Source: Catajapyx aquilonaris
Taxonomy: Eukaryota
Assembly (NCBI GenBank): GCA_000934665.2
Contig: JYFJ02004457.1
Location: forward strand, 1-32,018
Length of the DNA stretch: 32,018 nt
Reading direction: 5' to 3'
Positions 1 through 12,434 of the stretch are shown here, piece by piece. Below the pieces are notes generated by a model. That model had not been told where the DNA came from. It made no database searches and was given only the letters and a program-made list of their open reading frames with translations. Positions within the stretch are counted from its first letter, which is position 1. Each line of letters opens with the position of its first letter. The position numbers and the translations under genes are program-made.

Positions 1-59
1 TTCCCAGTGGTTTAAACCATCATATTCTTCTTGTAATTTGTTGGTGTGTGAAATAGATT

Positions 60-130
60 TGGGGGGAAAAAAATGAAGGCAAAAAGTGGTTCAACCAACC
101 CCACTCTCCCCTACCGGTGTACGCCATTAG
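60..130. mobile_element. Possible degenerate right end of a CAGTGGCGTA-type (hAT-like) MITE
   Basis: A C-rich tract is followed by GTACGCCATTAG (119-130), which resembles the reverse complement of the CAGTGGCGTAG terminus at 31967. No left end is identifiable. Confidence 0.3.
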
Positions 131-625
131 CATGCACAATACATGTGAAAATAACTGTAGTTGTTAGGGTCATTGAACTAATTGTTATTGAAATGCAGAG
201 AAATTAAGCAAATGCACATTACAGATTTGTTATCCGGAAGCCTTTTTTTTCTAAATTCATAATCGTATTATGAAGCATTTCATAAAATGAAATTCATGGA
301 CGTCATTCTTTTTTGAGCATGTCCTACGTCGTGCACTGTATTACCTCGTATTCAGGTCATTAGTCTCATTACGACAGCTTCAAATTCAAATGATAATGCT
401 ACAGTGCGCCTACTGCATGCATTTTTAGCTGACTGTCCGTCGATTTCATTGCTGTCATGTAGACAATCGGATATCATTCAGTAGGGTGGTGCTCATGCGA
501 TACAGAGATAATAGGGATGCCAGTGGCATAATTATTGATTAAGCATGATATGACTCTGTGGTCAATGAATATGTCCAGGTTATAATGTACAAGGTACCTG
601 ACATTCTTCTAATGCTACTCAGCAG

Positions 626-931
626 CTATCCCACATTTTCAAGAGATATGTTCATTATGGGACATATGCCTCCACATGTTAGGTCCAGTTGGAGCAAATA
701 GGAAGAGTGGGATTCGGGATTGGCTGAAGGAAGGACGTCAGTGTAATTTTGATGGAGAGCTCTGAAGGGATGGTAGTCTATTAGGACTTCTCCGGAGATA
801 TAGCTGAACTCTAATTTTTTTAATGGACTGCAGTCACAATGATGGTTCATCTGTTTGTTATTTACTAAAAAAATGCATCACATGGATTAATGATTCCAAT
901 AAGTTATGCTGACGGAATGAATAGATCTGAC
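626..931 (-). pseudogene. CR1/Jockey-like LINE ORF2 post-RT fragment, highly decayed
   Basis: The minus strand gives VRSIHSVSITYWN (931-893; cf. VRSxLEYxSxxWxP), then NHHCDCSPLKKLEF (cf. NxxIDCxxLLxxxxF). The spacing between motifs is shorter than canonical. Confidence 0.3.
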
Positions 932-3699
932 TGAACGTGACCGCATTTCGCATTCAGTAAATAACCGAATCCGTGAAAGGGATAGCAATTTAAGTCAATT
1001 TATCAAAGAAATGCGGCTTTCAAGGCGCTTTCTTAGTCAGTCGCATATCCTCCGAAGATTTTCATGTAAATGGATGAAAACTCTCCGCGGGAATTCCCCA
1101 AAACTCGGAATATAGAGGCGGAGCTCTTTCTTCCTTACACCAATTCCCTCAATTTATTGTCAGGCTTCCCGGTATGATGTATCTGAAATCGTTTTGTTTC
1201 ATCTAGGGTGGAGATTTAGTTATGAGAAGCGTTTCATCATTCGGAATAGGAAGCGACGTGCTCCAAAAAGAGAATTTATTGGCTTCTTTCCTCTCATATG
1301 CGGAAGAAGACTTTTATCCAGTGGACTCTGCAAATGCGCCAGCAGTTCTCTAAATTAATTTGTAACTTACAGTCTGAATTCTACGGGTGGAATATCGACT
1401 TTTCCTATATATGCTGGTTCTGAATATGTCGATTTAATACCGAGCATTGTATTGTCTGTATATAGCGAAGGGATCTTCCGTTTGCGGCACTGTGCATATT
1501 TTCAGGTTTAAATATTTGCTAGGCCTATATGCTCTAAAATCTATAAAGAAAATGAGAATATTACAGTAGGATGACAGACACCAGATAGTGTACAGTAGGA
1601 TGTAGGTCATGACCTGCCTGGTGGTTAAAATGCGCCGCTTCCTCAATACTGTAATATACTGTAATATTACAAAAAAAGTTCATGAAATATTGTCGACTGT
1701 GTGGATAAATTCTAATAAAACTCTACATGTAAAATGACGAAATCCTATTTATTTATTGCACAACTCTATAAGAAGATTTGCGAATTTCTTGTGTTACTGT
1801 ATAGACTTGATGCAAAATTACTTTCTTCTCGAAGTTATGAACGCGGCAACAACAAGTATATGCCTAAGAACAGAAGGCTCTGTTCACATACTCATTCAAA
1901 CATAAATTCTCAACCCACAGACTTGAAACGTACCGGCATCCTTTGAAGACTTCCTTGGAAGCTGAATGCGAGAATCGAAACTTTCTCCCAAGACATTCCC
2001 CTTGCACTTTGTATTCAATCGTTGGCATTCCCCTAAAGACCCTCCAGCTAACCGCTTTGCTTTTGTGGGTCAGAGTTAAGATGGCGTTAAAACAATTCCT
2101 GCAAAAGCAATGTTATGCACAGCTATACACAAACCTTGGAAATATTTAACTGGATCCCCTGAAGCTCCGCTCCAAAACCCATTTTAATTGATTGTCGGGA
2201 ATGCCAGTTATAATTCTGGAAGTGCTGCTTTATGCCAGTTCCTTAGCGTTTACGACGTGTACTTAAACTCACTTAACCAGGTTTAAGTGGCTGGGTTAAC
2301 AGGGAGGCCTTGGTAACGATCCAGCCCCTAGTCCTGATAAGTTTTCCCTATAATTTCGAGGCTCTGCATTATTATGGGGAGGGCCACTGAGCGTGCTTCC
2401 AAGGTGATGGGATGTTTAATTTCATTATGCGTGAAAGGGAAGCTGAGGCGTCGATACGGAAGTTCATTTACCCAAAAAACCGTCGGGTTAGGTCAAAAAG
2501 TTAGCACCTGTGGAAGCTGACAGGAGGAGACTATGTTTGGAATGAAAAGTTTCCAAAATCTGATTTTTTTTTCATCCAAAAATATGTAAGGAAACGTGTA
2601 AGGACTTCAAATACCAATATGAGCATGGTATTACCTACCTGCACAAATATTCCTGAAATCTCACTTCCACCCTCTTTGGTCATGGGGGGTTTGTAAATTG
2701 GCGTCCGAGAGCATCGCGGGATGATTGAAACCGGTCCCTAACACTACTTCAGAGGCGGGTATTAGTTCCAGTCCCTGGACGCTGTCAAGGGCTGCTGTTG
2801 GGACCCCCCCCCCCTCCCTCATTTCCTCCCCCTTAAATAACTCAGTTGATAGAGCAGTTGCCCGGAGTTCATTTCCGACGTGCTCTCATGAGCCTTAAAT
2901 CGGCCATCAGAGGGCATATCAGATGCTGCTGGCCACTCACCGTACTCATAGTCGTACAGTACGTATACCAGGGTGCGATCTGGCTGGTTGCCTGGCTTCT
3001 GCTTGCACTGTGACACACATCAGGCTTTGCTGGGAGTCTACCTGATGTCACTTATTTTTTTTGAAGGCGCAGTAGATTTTTTTTTGCTAATTGAAGTTTG
3101 CAAATTGGCCATGTAATAAGAGAATTTCGGTACAGTGCATTGTGAGCCAGCCATCATTTATGCTGGTGTACGTTTAACACATCAGTTGTAACGAAACGAG
3201 ATCAAGCTTTCATTTTCTTTTTATTCATTTTAAGGTTAACTGTTCTGCTTCATAAAAATATTATGCTTTGATGTACGCGTATAGTCGTACAGTATTTACC
3301 TAATAAAGCTCATTACCAATTTTCACAACAAAGGCACATCTTTTCCAACCTGAGAGTCATACAGTATTTCTGTGAACAACAGGAATAAAGTAAATGTCTT
3401 TGAAATGCCTTGCATCCGAGGGGAATTCTCGGAAATGTGTGTAATTAGTGAGTAGAAATGAGCGTTACATAATTATGTGCAATATCTGGAAAAGACCCCA
3501 GGAAAACTTCTCTATATCTTTTCAAAAAAGCGGTTTTGGACCTAATTATATAGCCCTACTGCATACATCAGAGAACCAGAGGTTAAATTACATGGCATTC
3601 ATCATTTGAGGGCTCCGTAAAGTGCATCTCATTATTTACTCTCTTTACTACAAATGGTGCTATTACCTTTCACAGTTGAAAAGTTTTATTTCCCACTTT

Positions 3700-4372
3700 T
3701 TGTTGCATATGGTCGATGTAATGGATGGTGTAAGCAACACTTGAATGTTTTAAATTGTCGTACCCACACACACTCGTTCTTCTACATCTATTTTGAATCC
3801 GCCTGTACTTTATGATAAGAGGCGCCATCAATGTGCTGCAAATGGTAGCCCTGCAACTGCCTATCATGTGTATACAGGCATTCCCAATCATTACGTCCGT
3901 TGCATACTAACTCCTCATTTACATCATACCTACTCTATTCTTTTCCACTCCCCATTTTTTAAAGTGCTGAATCAGTACCCAAGGGATGTACCCCCCTCCC
4001 TCCAACCCAAAAATGAGACTTTGACCCAGGCATGGATCAATTGATAGTGGCAATTTGGACTCAGCTCGTACCATTTTTTTCCCCTCCCTTGCCATTTCCC
4101 CACGTTTGTTGAAATTGGGTGGAAAGCATGGGATGGTCCACATTCATTCCTAGTCTCGTCAGCTCATGGGCTCGAAGATTATACGTGCCTGTGCGTGCAT
4201 AATCTCCTCCATGGTGTATTCTGGATGGGGGGGGATTACCAACGAACCTCAGGAGATGCCACCTAAAAGTAGGCTCCTCATCCTCCAATGCGCGCCTAAT
4301 GAGATGCGATGCAACAAAACTATGCTCACATAGAGTGCACACCAGCACCCCAGCCCCCACCAAACTTTCCAC
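3700..4372 (-). pseudogene. Decayed C2H2 zinc-finger array
   Basis: Successive minus-strand motifs: LVCTLCEHSFVASHLIRR (CxxC-x3-F-x5-hydrophobic), SRIHHGGDY (cf. RIHTGEKPY), YNLRAHELTRLG (cf. SNLxxHxxTHxG), NFNKRGEMAR and SVCGYDNLKHSSVAYTIHYIDH. Many Zn ligands are lost and the frame changes. Confidence 0.4.
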
Positions 4373-4693
4373 CTCATGAGGTGGATAGGCCCATGTCCCA
4401 CGGATATTACTGTGGCCCCGGATATTTAATTTTGGGGGAACGGTTCCGTGACAGGGAGGCTGCGAGCGGATGAGGAAAGTTGGGTACAGGCGTGTCGGGT
4501 GTGATTGGAATATTAGAGGGGGTGTCCTGCAGGCAGATTGTTAGGAGGCTGCGTTTGACAAGTGCAATGCACACAGTGCCATGAGCTTATGACTAGAGAG
4601 GTATAGTACAGTATGCCAAAAAATAGATTTAAAATGTATATGAGAAGCTGAGAACCACTAGACGACCTGATGGCACTCAAACACTCAAACTTC

Positions 4694-4760
4694 TGACGTC
4701 ACGTCATCTCTGATTCACTCCAGCCAATCGGATTCGAACCTGACGTCATAAGATGGCGAC
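4694..4760 (+). promoter_or_regulatory. Cluster of CRE, CCAAT, CRE and YY1-like motifs
   Basis: TGACGTCA at 4694-4701 and 4741-4748, AGCCAATCGG at 4722-4731, and AAGATGGCG at 4750-4758. No downstream gene was identified, so the cluster may be repeat-derived. Confidence 0.35.
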
Positions 4761-5047
4761 TCTCTTCCTAGAGTCTCTCAAACTGGTAGCACAGCATCTC
4801 TGCATGGTTTTGGACCATTCTGATATGTAGTAGATTACATCAGGGCTGATTCACCCTATGGAGTTACCCAGGGTGTTTAGTAAAACGGGTGCGGTGATCA
4901 TATGATCCTTTTATGATGAGGTGTCAGTTGTCGGTGACGCCTCATTACTGAGATAATGGGGTTGACAGTGTAATATCCTGGTAGGAATGGAATGGATGAA
5001 ACCTTGGCGTGATTCTGTTTTAAAATGTGTCACCAGGCAACGGACCA

Positions 5048-5380
5048 TGGCATGTAACATGTGGTAAAGTAGACTGTTTTTCCCTTATTGGTTAGTTGAA
5101 ATTTTGGAGATATTGAGCAGATAATATGAGTTCGTTACAGTCCTTTAAACCAAAGAACGATATGACGTCACGTTCAGCTCCGCCTCCATCAGGCTCTTTC
5201 CTCCAATCATATCCCTGAATCGCTCTGCAATCATACTACTGCGCATGCTCAGAAACATGGCTGGTGTGACGTAAGATCGTTCTTTCGTTTTAAGGACTGT
5301 AGAACGCAATATTTTTCTGGCCAATATCTCCAAAATTTCAACAAATAAATACGTTTAAGATGTTATGATGTGACATGCCA
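5048..5380. mobile_element. Foldback/MITE-like element with long imperfect inverted repeats
   Basis: Nested inverted pairs: TGGCATGTAACAT (5048-5060) with ATGTGACATGCCA (5368-5380); GTTGAAATTTTGGAGATATTG with CAATATCTCCAAAATTTCAAC; and TACAGTCCTTTAAACCAAAGAACGATATGACGTCAC (5136-5171) with GTGACGTAAGATCGTTCTTTCGTTTTAAGGACTGTA (ending 5301). Confidence 0.75.
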
Positions 5381-6377
5381 ATTTTCTAGCGAAACTATTG
5401 CATTGTTATTATTATTTTCGCGAATATCTACACATTGTGATTAGAAACTGCATTATTAAAGTACCCCTGCTGTGACACAGTGGCAATTAGCTTGTAGAAA
5501 ATAACTGACAAAACTTTGACTGCATCAATTATTCAGCTCAAACTGGTGTAGGGTGATGACTCTAATCTAGTTTGACTATTACCGAGATTAATTTGCGGAT
5601 TAGTGCAGCGGTCAAGCTAATTTAGTGACATGACCAGTAATCTGTGTATGCCAAGGTTTTGCCGGGCGTAAAAATTTGCGGCAGGAAGCGGTGCCGCTAT
5701 GAATATCAATCATTCTAATTACGTTATTTTCATGTGTGCCAAATTATGCCTGGCAAGTGATGGATTTGTCCCCGATTTTTTTTTCTTCCAACCCAATGCG
5801 TCGGTGTAACTGTTCCAACTTCAAAATGCAATGTGCAAAAAGTTTATGCACAAGTCTGAAAACTGAAGTTGGAAGCAAAAATTAGACGATTTTAATTACA
5901 CTTCAAGTTTTGAAATCAGTTGCCCTCAGTGGTGGTGGCATCGACCCTGTTACCACAAGAAAAACTTGAAAGTTTGTTCCCAAAAAAGAAGTTTCAAGAT
6001 ATTGAATCCTTCCTGTCGCTGAGAATCTCAGAGGCAAAAGTTTTCCATGAAGGCGAGGTTTTACTTTGGGATCAATCTCAAGCACTTCTCTCTAATCCGC
6101 GTTTCCAGTTTCATTAACACGGCTGCGGGTTTTAGACAGGCTGGAAGCTTATGAAGACGACGATATTAGGAGCCGTATTCTTTAATAAAGATCAGAAGAT
6201 ACTTATTGTTCTGAAAGTATCATTCTCATGCCATTAGCCGCTAAGGTGGCCGCGACCGCATAAAAATTAATATTTTTGTTCATTATCACGATCACTTTGA
6301 AGTGGTTGTGTAATAACTTATAGCAATGCTTATATTACATGCAACACGAAACCACCCTACTGCTTGTAATACAAGTA

Positions 6378-6474
6378 CAGTGAAACCTGTGAAGTTGGAC
6401 ACCTTAATAAGTTGGACACCTCCCTATGTTAGACATTTTTCTTGGAACCTGTCCAACATAGACAGGTTTCACTA
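6378..6474. mobile_element. Tc1/mariner-pogo type MITE (about 97 bp)
   Basis: TA followed by CAGTGAAACCTGT at the left end pairs with ACAGGTTTCACT at the right end (right TA decayed). There is an internal direct repeat AAGTTGGACACCT x2 and an inverted TGTCCAACATAG near the right end. Confidence 0.75.
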
Positions 6475-6734
6475 CATCTTCATTTGATGTGTAAACCATC
6501 CAGGTTTGGTTATAGTTTAAGTGTGACCATAATCGATGACTTCCACAGCCCACAAGTAACGGCCGTACTTTAAAACAATAATTGCGGCAACGACAATCCG
6601 TTACGATTGTGACAGCTGTCCAACGAATTTATTAAGCGTAACGACTGTTTCCTGTCTCCGCATAAATCCATGTAACGTTCGTGTAGAATAATTGCTTTCC
6701 AGAAACAAGAACAAATCCGGATTATCTCATTTAA

Positions 6735-7600
6735 GTCTAATCCTCAGCTTCATGCTTGGAAGATCCTGAGAACATTTATATACTGGAAGGGGGGGTATGT
6801 TCTGTATATATGAAGCTTTCCACCCAGATTTCAATTAATCGTTACCACCCCCCTTTTCAGCTCCATCTCTTTTCATTCCACCTAGAAAATCCGGGAGACT
6901 CTAGGCCTTGAAACTGAGAGCTGTGCAGAGGGGATAGCTGAATTTCCCATATACTGTACTATATCCAAGCCTTACAGGCTAACCAAATAGAGAGAGAGGC
7001 TGCCAGAAATGGAGAGGAGTGGTAGGTTCCATTGAGATAGACATGCCAAAAGAGGCTTGTGAAGGTTTGCTTAATAAGCGTCGAGGGGAATGAGGCGAGG
7101 ATAACCTGGGATTATGGAGAACTTGACGAAGACATAGAGAAACGCATGGGTTGTGTCTCCTATAGTGAACTGGGTGATGAACGATCCTATTCAAGACAAT
7201 GAGAAATAGTACTTTGATGTTGACACCCTGATATAATTTCGCCTTCCAATTTTCTAGAGCCATTTTTATGCGATGTGAACGTAGATTAAATTGCCTGACT
7301 TGCATGAAACGCAATGTTCACGTCGCACTCTGGAATATTTTCCCTTATCCTAATGGCCGTTTCGCAGCCGTCAGTGCAAACTACCGTCAAAAGTGGCAAA
7401 AAATGGCCGTCGCCTTCTCCAAAAAAAATGGCGAGAGAGGAAGAAGCAAAAAGAGGCAGGGTGAAAGGAAGGAAAAGAACAAAAAAAAAATTCCAATAAC
7501 ACAGTAGGGAATTATTCCCCTTCAAGAGCCTAATTCCTGTTTCAACATCGGCTTCCCAAATCTCCGACCTTCCTTAAGGAATGGGAAAATTGGATTCGTG
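6735..7600 (-). pseudogene. I-group (I/Nimb-like) LINE reverse transcriptase remnant
   Basis: Motifs in the correct order on the minus strand: IFPFLKEGR (7590-7564; cf. IPIPKPGK), SLAIFF (cf. VAVFFD), RIRENIP (cf. GLRGRLP), FMQVRQFNLR...QGVNIKVLFLIVLNRIV (cf. FLxxRxFxVR...QGSxLSxTLFxIxINxI), GMSISMEPTTPLHF (cf. GFxFSxxKTxxxHF), and INVLRIFQA*S*GLD (cf. LNxLxxLSxxxWGAD). The YxDD motif is lost. Confidence 0.6.
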
Positions 7601-8160
7601 TTCTGGGTCGCAAATTATGCATGGAATTGGACTCCGGAATTAAACCTGGGAGGATTCCATATGTTTTTTTTTGGGTGTGTAGCTGTCATGGTCTGCAGAA
7701 GGTGACAAGTACTTTACCTTTTAGGAGCCCCTCCAGCTCGAAATGAAGTAGAGAGATGGCGTGGCTTTGGCGTCGCGTCTGAAATCCCCGGATGCAAGCT
7801 GTCTGATTGGTGGCCGCGGGGATTAATTCCATGGCCTGAGTCGAGAGATTTCCTTTTTGTGCATATATAGGATGCTAAAAAATTCGGTGTTTCGCAGCTT
7901 ATTGCGCACAGAGGGAGCGAACATTTGGCGACAAATGACTGCGGAAAGCTGATTAATATGCAATATTTTTCGAGATTTTCCAGGCGTAAATTTTGTTGCA
8001 AATCTGATGCTTTGTGTCAACTTCACAATGCATCATGGGAATTGAGTGAGATGTAATTTGAATGTGCTAAAAAATGAAAGTTAGAGCGAATGAAAGCCTT
8101 GCCTTCTAATCCTGAAGCGTTTGAACAACTTTCGATGGGTGAAGCGGACTGTGTTAGACA

Positions 8161-8235
8161 TTGTCTGATCCAATTCAAGTCACGTTCGGTCCAGACTTTA
8201 GGTCGTTAACAGACCACAGGTTTTTGCGCCTGGCA
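8161..8235 (+). pseudogene. Possible LTR-retrotransposon RNase H fragment
   Basis: TFGPDFRSLTDHRFL resembles YLxGxxFxxxTDHxPL. This is a single motif only. Confidence 0.25.
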
Positions 8236-8851
8236 TCCTGCAACCTCCAGCTTGCCGAACTATCGTTTCCGACAGGGAATTGCTCCTTTTCTCTGAAGCG
8301 AAACCCCAAACTCCTGAGAATGAAGCGGGAGGGCAGGAGCCGCATATTTAACAAGAAAAGGAGGCGGGATCTAACCCTCCTTGAAATAAGACAAATAGTT
8401 TTCAGATAGTTCTGGCTGACTGGCTGTAGAAATTAGTCTTTGCTTAAAGCTTCCCCAATTATAGTACCCACTGATGTAAAGAGTGTTACAAGCATTTTTC
8501 ATTCTCTTTGAGATTGGAGTGGCAGTTTTGAAATTAGTTGGAGTTTCCTCATTTGGAATTTATTTTGGAGGAACTCGGCCAACTGTGTGTGTTTTTTTAA
8601 AACATTAGCCTACATTACTGACCACGTGCCAATTGCGATATAAACCTGTCTATCGACATATTTCCACACAGCAGCCACGCTGAAGCAGTCTAAATATAAC
8701 GTGATTTAATTTCAATCACCATAATTGCATATGAATAGGACAAACATGCCAGACGTGCATAAACACCGATTTTAACATACGAAACTTATACGAAATTTTC
8801 CGCATTCAAAATATTTTGGCAGTGAATCTCACTCTTTGCACTGCCTATAAA

Positions 8852-9590
8852 TTATTTCAAAAAAAGGCTAGTTAGCCAGGGATTACTTCCGACAAGTAAT
8901 CGATACGCATTAGCTCCCGGTGATTTAGGTCGGCGCCAAACTCTAGTGGAAAAAAAACCTCTCTTGAGGTCTAGGCGTCGCAAAAATAAATCTCCGAGTT
9001 GCGTATATATAAAACCTATCCCAGCTGACAGCAACAACATGGGCAGTGACAGATAAGAAAGCCATTTCTTGCCAATTGTGACTTAACACTGAGCCTTCAT
9101 CCGCAGGTGAGTGCATCACGTCCAGTTTGTTTGCTCCCAGAGAGATATACGGGCACAGGAAAAAAATCCGGGAGGAAAAAATTGTGTTTGGTCCAACAAG
9201 GTTTTCCAAACGTTGTAACTTTGAATTTTTGGGGGGATGGAAGTAGCGCGTTGGAGTCATTATTTTGCTTGGTAATGAGGATATAAATGCTGAACATGGG
9301 AACTTCTGTGTGTAGCCAGGGAGTTTTCGAACCCCCCAAAAAACAGGGTCGTATTAAAATGGCCTGCCTTCAGTTACCAACGAGCTATAAATTGAACGGG
9401 GACGAGGGTCTTTTTTGTGTAGAGGTCGTTTTATAGATCATAATCATCTATAGATGTGGGCTATTATTTCTAATCTTGAACTGTCCTCGCCCTGTGGAAG
9501 TGCTTCTGGGCCATAAAGTGCTGGTTGTTATTCAGGTTCATTGTGGGATGTTGGTAAAAAATGACGTGAAGGAGAAAGAGGTGATGATGG
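8852..9590 (-). pseudogene. Penelope-like element RT remnant
   Basis: IITSFSFTSFFTNIP (9588-9544; cf. LVSFDVxSLFTNIP) is followed about 550 nt downstream by LDLKRGFFSTRVWRRPKSPG...GSNP (cf. FLD...GxxxTxVYRKPT...SxHP). Confidence 0.55.
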
Positions 9591-10839
9591 ATGTGACATT
9601 TGTGAAATGTGAAATTTTTAAATAAGTAGATATTTTAAACGACACGGTTGCCACAAAAACATCAAAATTATGCCATTCAAATGGTAGCACTACTTGTGTG
9701 CAGTATAAGCGAGGGTATAAATCAATTACTGTAATTATAAATTACTTCAGTACTCAGGTATACACCACCTGCGAGTGGTACTCCCGCAGGTACTCCTTGA
9801 TGTTATAATACTGGTACATTATATGTGTAGTAGGCCTACTCATTCACACAATATCGTACACGCTTGTTACTGGAAGCATGTGCTGCTAATCAGCACTAAT
9901 TATACTCATTAGCCTATTAAATCTCGTTCGAAAATAAGTGACAAACTCTTAGCCTAATTACTAATATTAAGGCATGGGTGATGAGATGCAATGAAATTTC
10001 TGAATTTATGACCTTGCGGTATAAATGGTTACAGAGAGGTTTATAATCGCATCTAGATTTAATTGGAGCGCATGAGGGACTTATTGCAGACTCTTGTATT
10101 CGGTATGATGCATTACTCTCTAGTCTCACGTGGGTGTTTAATTAAATGTTCCTGATTAGACTACCTCTGGAATTTACCACGTGGGACCCGTGATGATAAC
10201 AATAACAATAACACTTTTTGTCCCTTTAAAAGTCCACATTTCAATATTATTCAAACATATCTTAATACCATTTTGCATTGCAGTCTTCAATTTTTCTCTC
10301 ACTGCACTGTGACTCCCATATGCAAAATTTTATCCACCACACAAACATTCCCTTTGCAAAACTTCTCCGCAAAATAATAGCGACAAACAAAACAGCCGCA
10401 TTTATCACCAGATTTTTCTTTCCTCTCACATTCAGTCTCTCGCATGCAAAATAGACGTTGCCTTTTTTCCCCACCTTTTGCCTTTTTTTTTCCTTTTTTT
10501 CTTTTCAATTTTCTCTGCACCAGAAAAACACGCTAGGTGAAAAATTTAAGGAGTGCCTGCCCCTCGATTGCCCAAGAGGTCTGGAGACTCCGGTTACTCC
10601 CATAAACGAGTCCTTTCCTCCGAGAGAAACATAAACCTTAGGAAAAAGAGGTATACGCTGGAAGAGTGTGCAGCAGGGCAATTGTCTGTCACGGGGCGTA
10701 CAACTGAAGAATAACTGCGCACTGGAGACCTATACATGGCCGAAGGAAGGTGTACCACCTCCACCCATTTTAGATGTTCCGGAGAACGGTGTCGAAGAAA
10801 GGCCTCAGTCACCTCCGGAGACGTCGTCTGAAGACGTGA

Positions 10840-11162
10840 TCGGAATAGTCAACTCCTCTCTTTTTTATTTTAAACAGTATAACCTTTTGTCCCAATTGAT
10901 GGTATAGAAGCTGGATAATAGAGGCGATGATTGCGGATTGTCAGTCCATTAGGCCTATTTGGTCCATTTCCTGAAGATTTTCACAAAGGAAGAGATTATT
11001 GTATGTCTGGTTGAGGCGTCCCTTGAAATTGTGCAAGCGAGAATAATCAGATGGGAGGCCCGTTATGCCCGGGATCTTCTCTCAAGGCAGATGAAAACAT
11101 TCCCAAGAAGCGAGATTGCGAAATCAATACTCCAAGCAGGGACTTGGGCCTCAGAGTTTTAA
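10840..11162 (+). pseudogene. Possible DIRS-like tyrosine recombinase C-terminal remnant
   Basis: RNSQLLSF, RSWIIEAMI (cf. SRWIxxxIxxAY), VHFLK (position of AHSTR) and SILQAGTWASE (cf. ILxAAxWxS) occur in order across frameshifts. Confidence 0.35.
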
Positions 11163-12434
11163 GGAAATACGACAATGGTCCACTTTGTGTTATTTGTGTA
11201 ACTGATCTTTACTTACATATGGTTTTTCATTCGAGTTCTTTTCAAGAATGAGTATGAAAGCAACAAAGTACTGTACAGTGTGTTGTTGACCGACGTTTCA
11301 ACAAGCGTGCATTACAGGAGAGCCTGGCGCCTACAGTATGATAGTAGCTGATGTAGTTTGCAACAGAATTACCCCCATTAGTTCAGACCTAGTGACGTCA
11401 AAGTGTAGGAGGACGCATTGTTCGGGGTTGCCTCTTCCCACGCCTTTTCTAATGGTGATCAAATGCGTCTGTGTGAAGGTCAGAAGGACACCTACAATGG
11501 TAGTTGATTTATTGTGACTGCAGTGCAGCTAGTGGAAGGCGATATGTTCTGAGGAGGAAAATGAGCAACATTGTGAAGCCATCAAGCAACAGGTAATGTT
11601 GCCATGGTATGTATTGCCATGAGTTACTGCAAGTCACAGGAGATTGTGAACCGACACGCTACCTTCCAGATGATTTCTGCAGATTATATTCCCAGTACTC
11701 CTAATCTTCCAGCCCGGCTTTCACCTGGAAGTGACCTGATTTCTCCCTAACAAAGAAGAATAAAAAAATAAAAACGTGCACTAGCTCCATGAATTTACAA
11801 ATAGACCGCACATACTGTACATTGTGGTAAATGCCCCTATATAAAAGGTATAATAGCACATACCGCATAATGTGTGCTATTTCAGTCCCTGAATATGTCA
11901 TCAACGCTGACCTGCACAGCTGTCATAATTATCCTGCATAATTATGTAATATTAATACTTCAGTGCAAGTTACATTAGCAATCATTATTGGTAGTATTAC
12001 CTACTGATGAAGCTATTGCTGTAGTGTCTGTATCTACAGATCCTTCTTACAATGAGATCATTCTTTGTGCAAATTTTAATATTGCAAAAATAATCAGCCC
12101 GTTGCACCAAACTGCTAACACCTCTGGCAAAGGAAAGTTAGACGGGATTGTAGATATAAATTTGATCTAACCAATCCGGATTTATCAAGCTGAAATGTGA
12201 TTTGATGGGTTCGTGCCTCTCGCCTCTTAAATGACGCGCTCACTGCAGCTCTATTCGCCTAGTGGGTTCCTTTTTATCCAAGTTAGTGCCATTGTATGTG
12301 GATTCCACTACGTTCCCCTCGGGGTTTAGCAGAGTATGGATGATGCCGACAAGAGAAAGGAAGTTAATGTACTGTACCTACCGCACATAAAAAAAAGGAG
12401 AGAGAAAAGGAGAGGAAAAGGAAGAAGCTCTACT

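Noticed and set aside
2460..2565. Gypsy-RT-like words (VHLPKKPSG, DRRRLCLE)
   Set aside because: These are two weak motifs with stops and no further ordered support.
4368..4385. 18-bp perfect palindrome TCCACCTCATGAGGTGGA
   Set aside because: The arms are only 9 bp, close to chance in 32 kb, and it is not TA-centred.
4393..4473. MSHGYYCGPG, resembling the parvovirus/Polinton PLA2 calcium-binding loop
   Set aside because: The ORF is only 26 codons and has no downstream HDxxY motif. The DNA (GGATATT repeated, ending CCGTGACAGG) looks like a repeat terminus.
10299..10520. Lys-rich plus Cys-rich ORF resembling a transposase C-terminal zinc domain
   Set aside because: The Lys run comes from a T-rich low-complexity tract, and the Cys spacing does not fit a PHD or piggyBac cysteine-rich domain.
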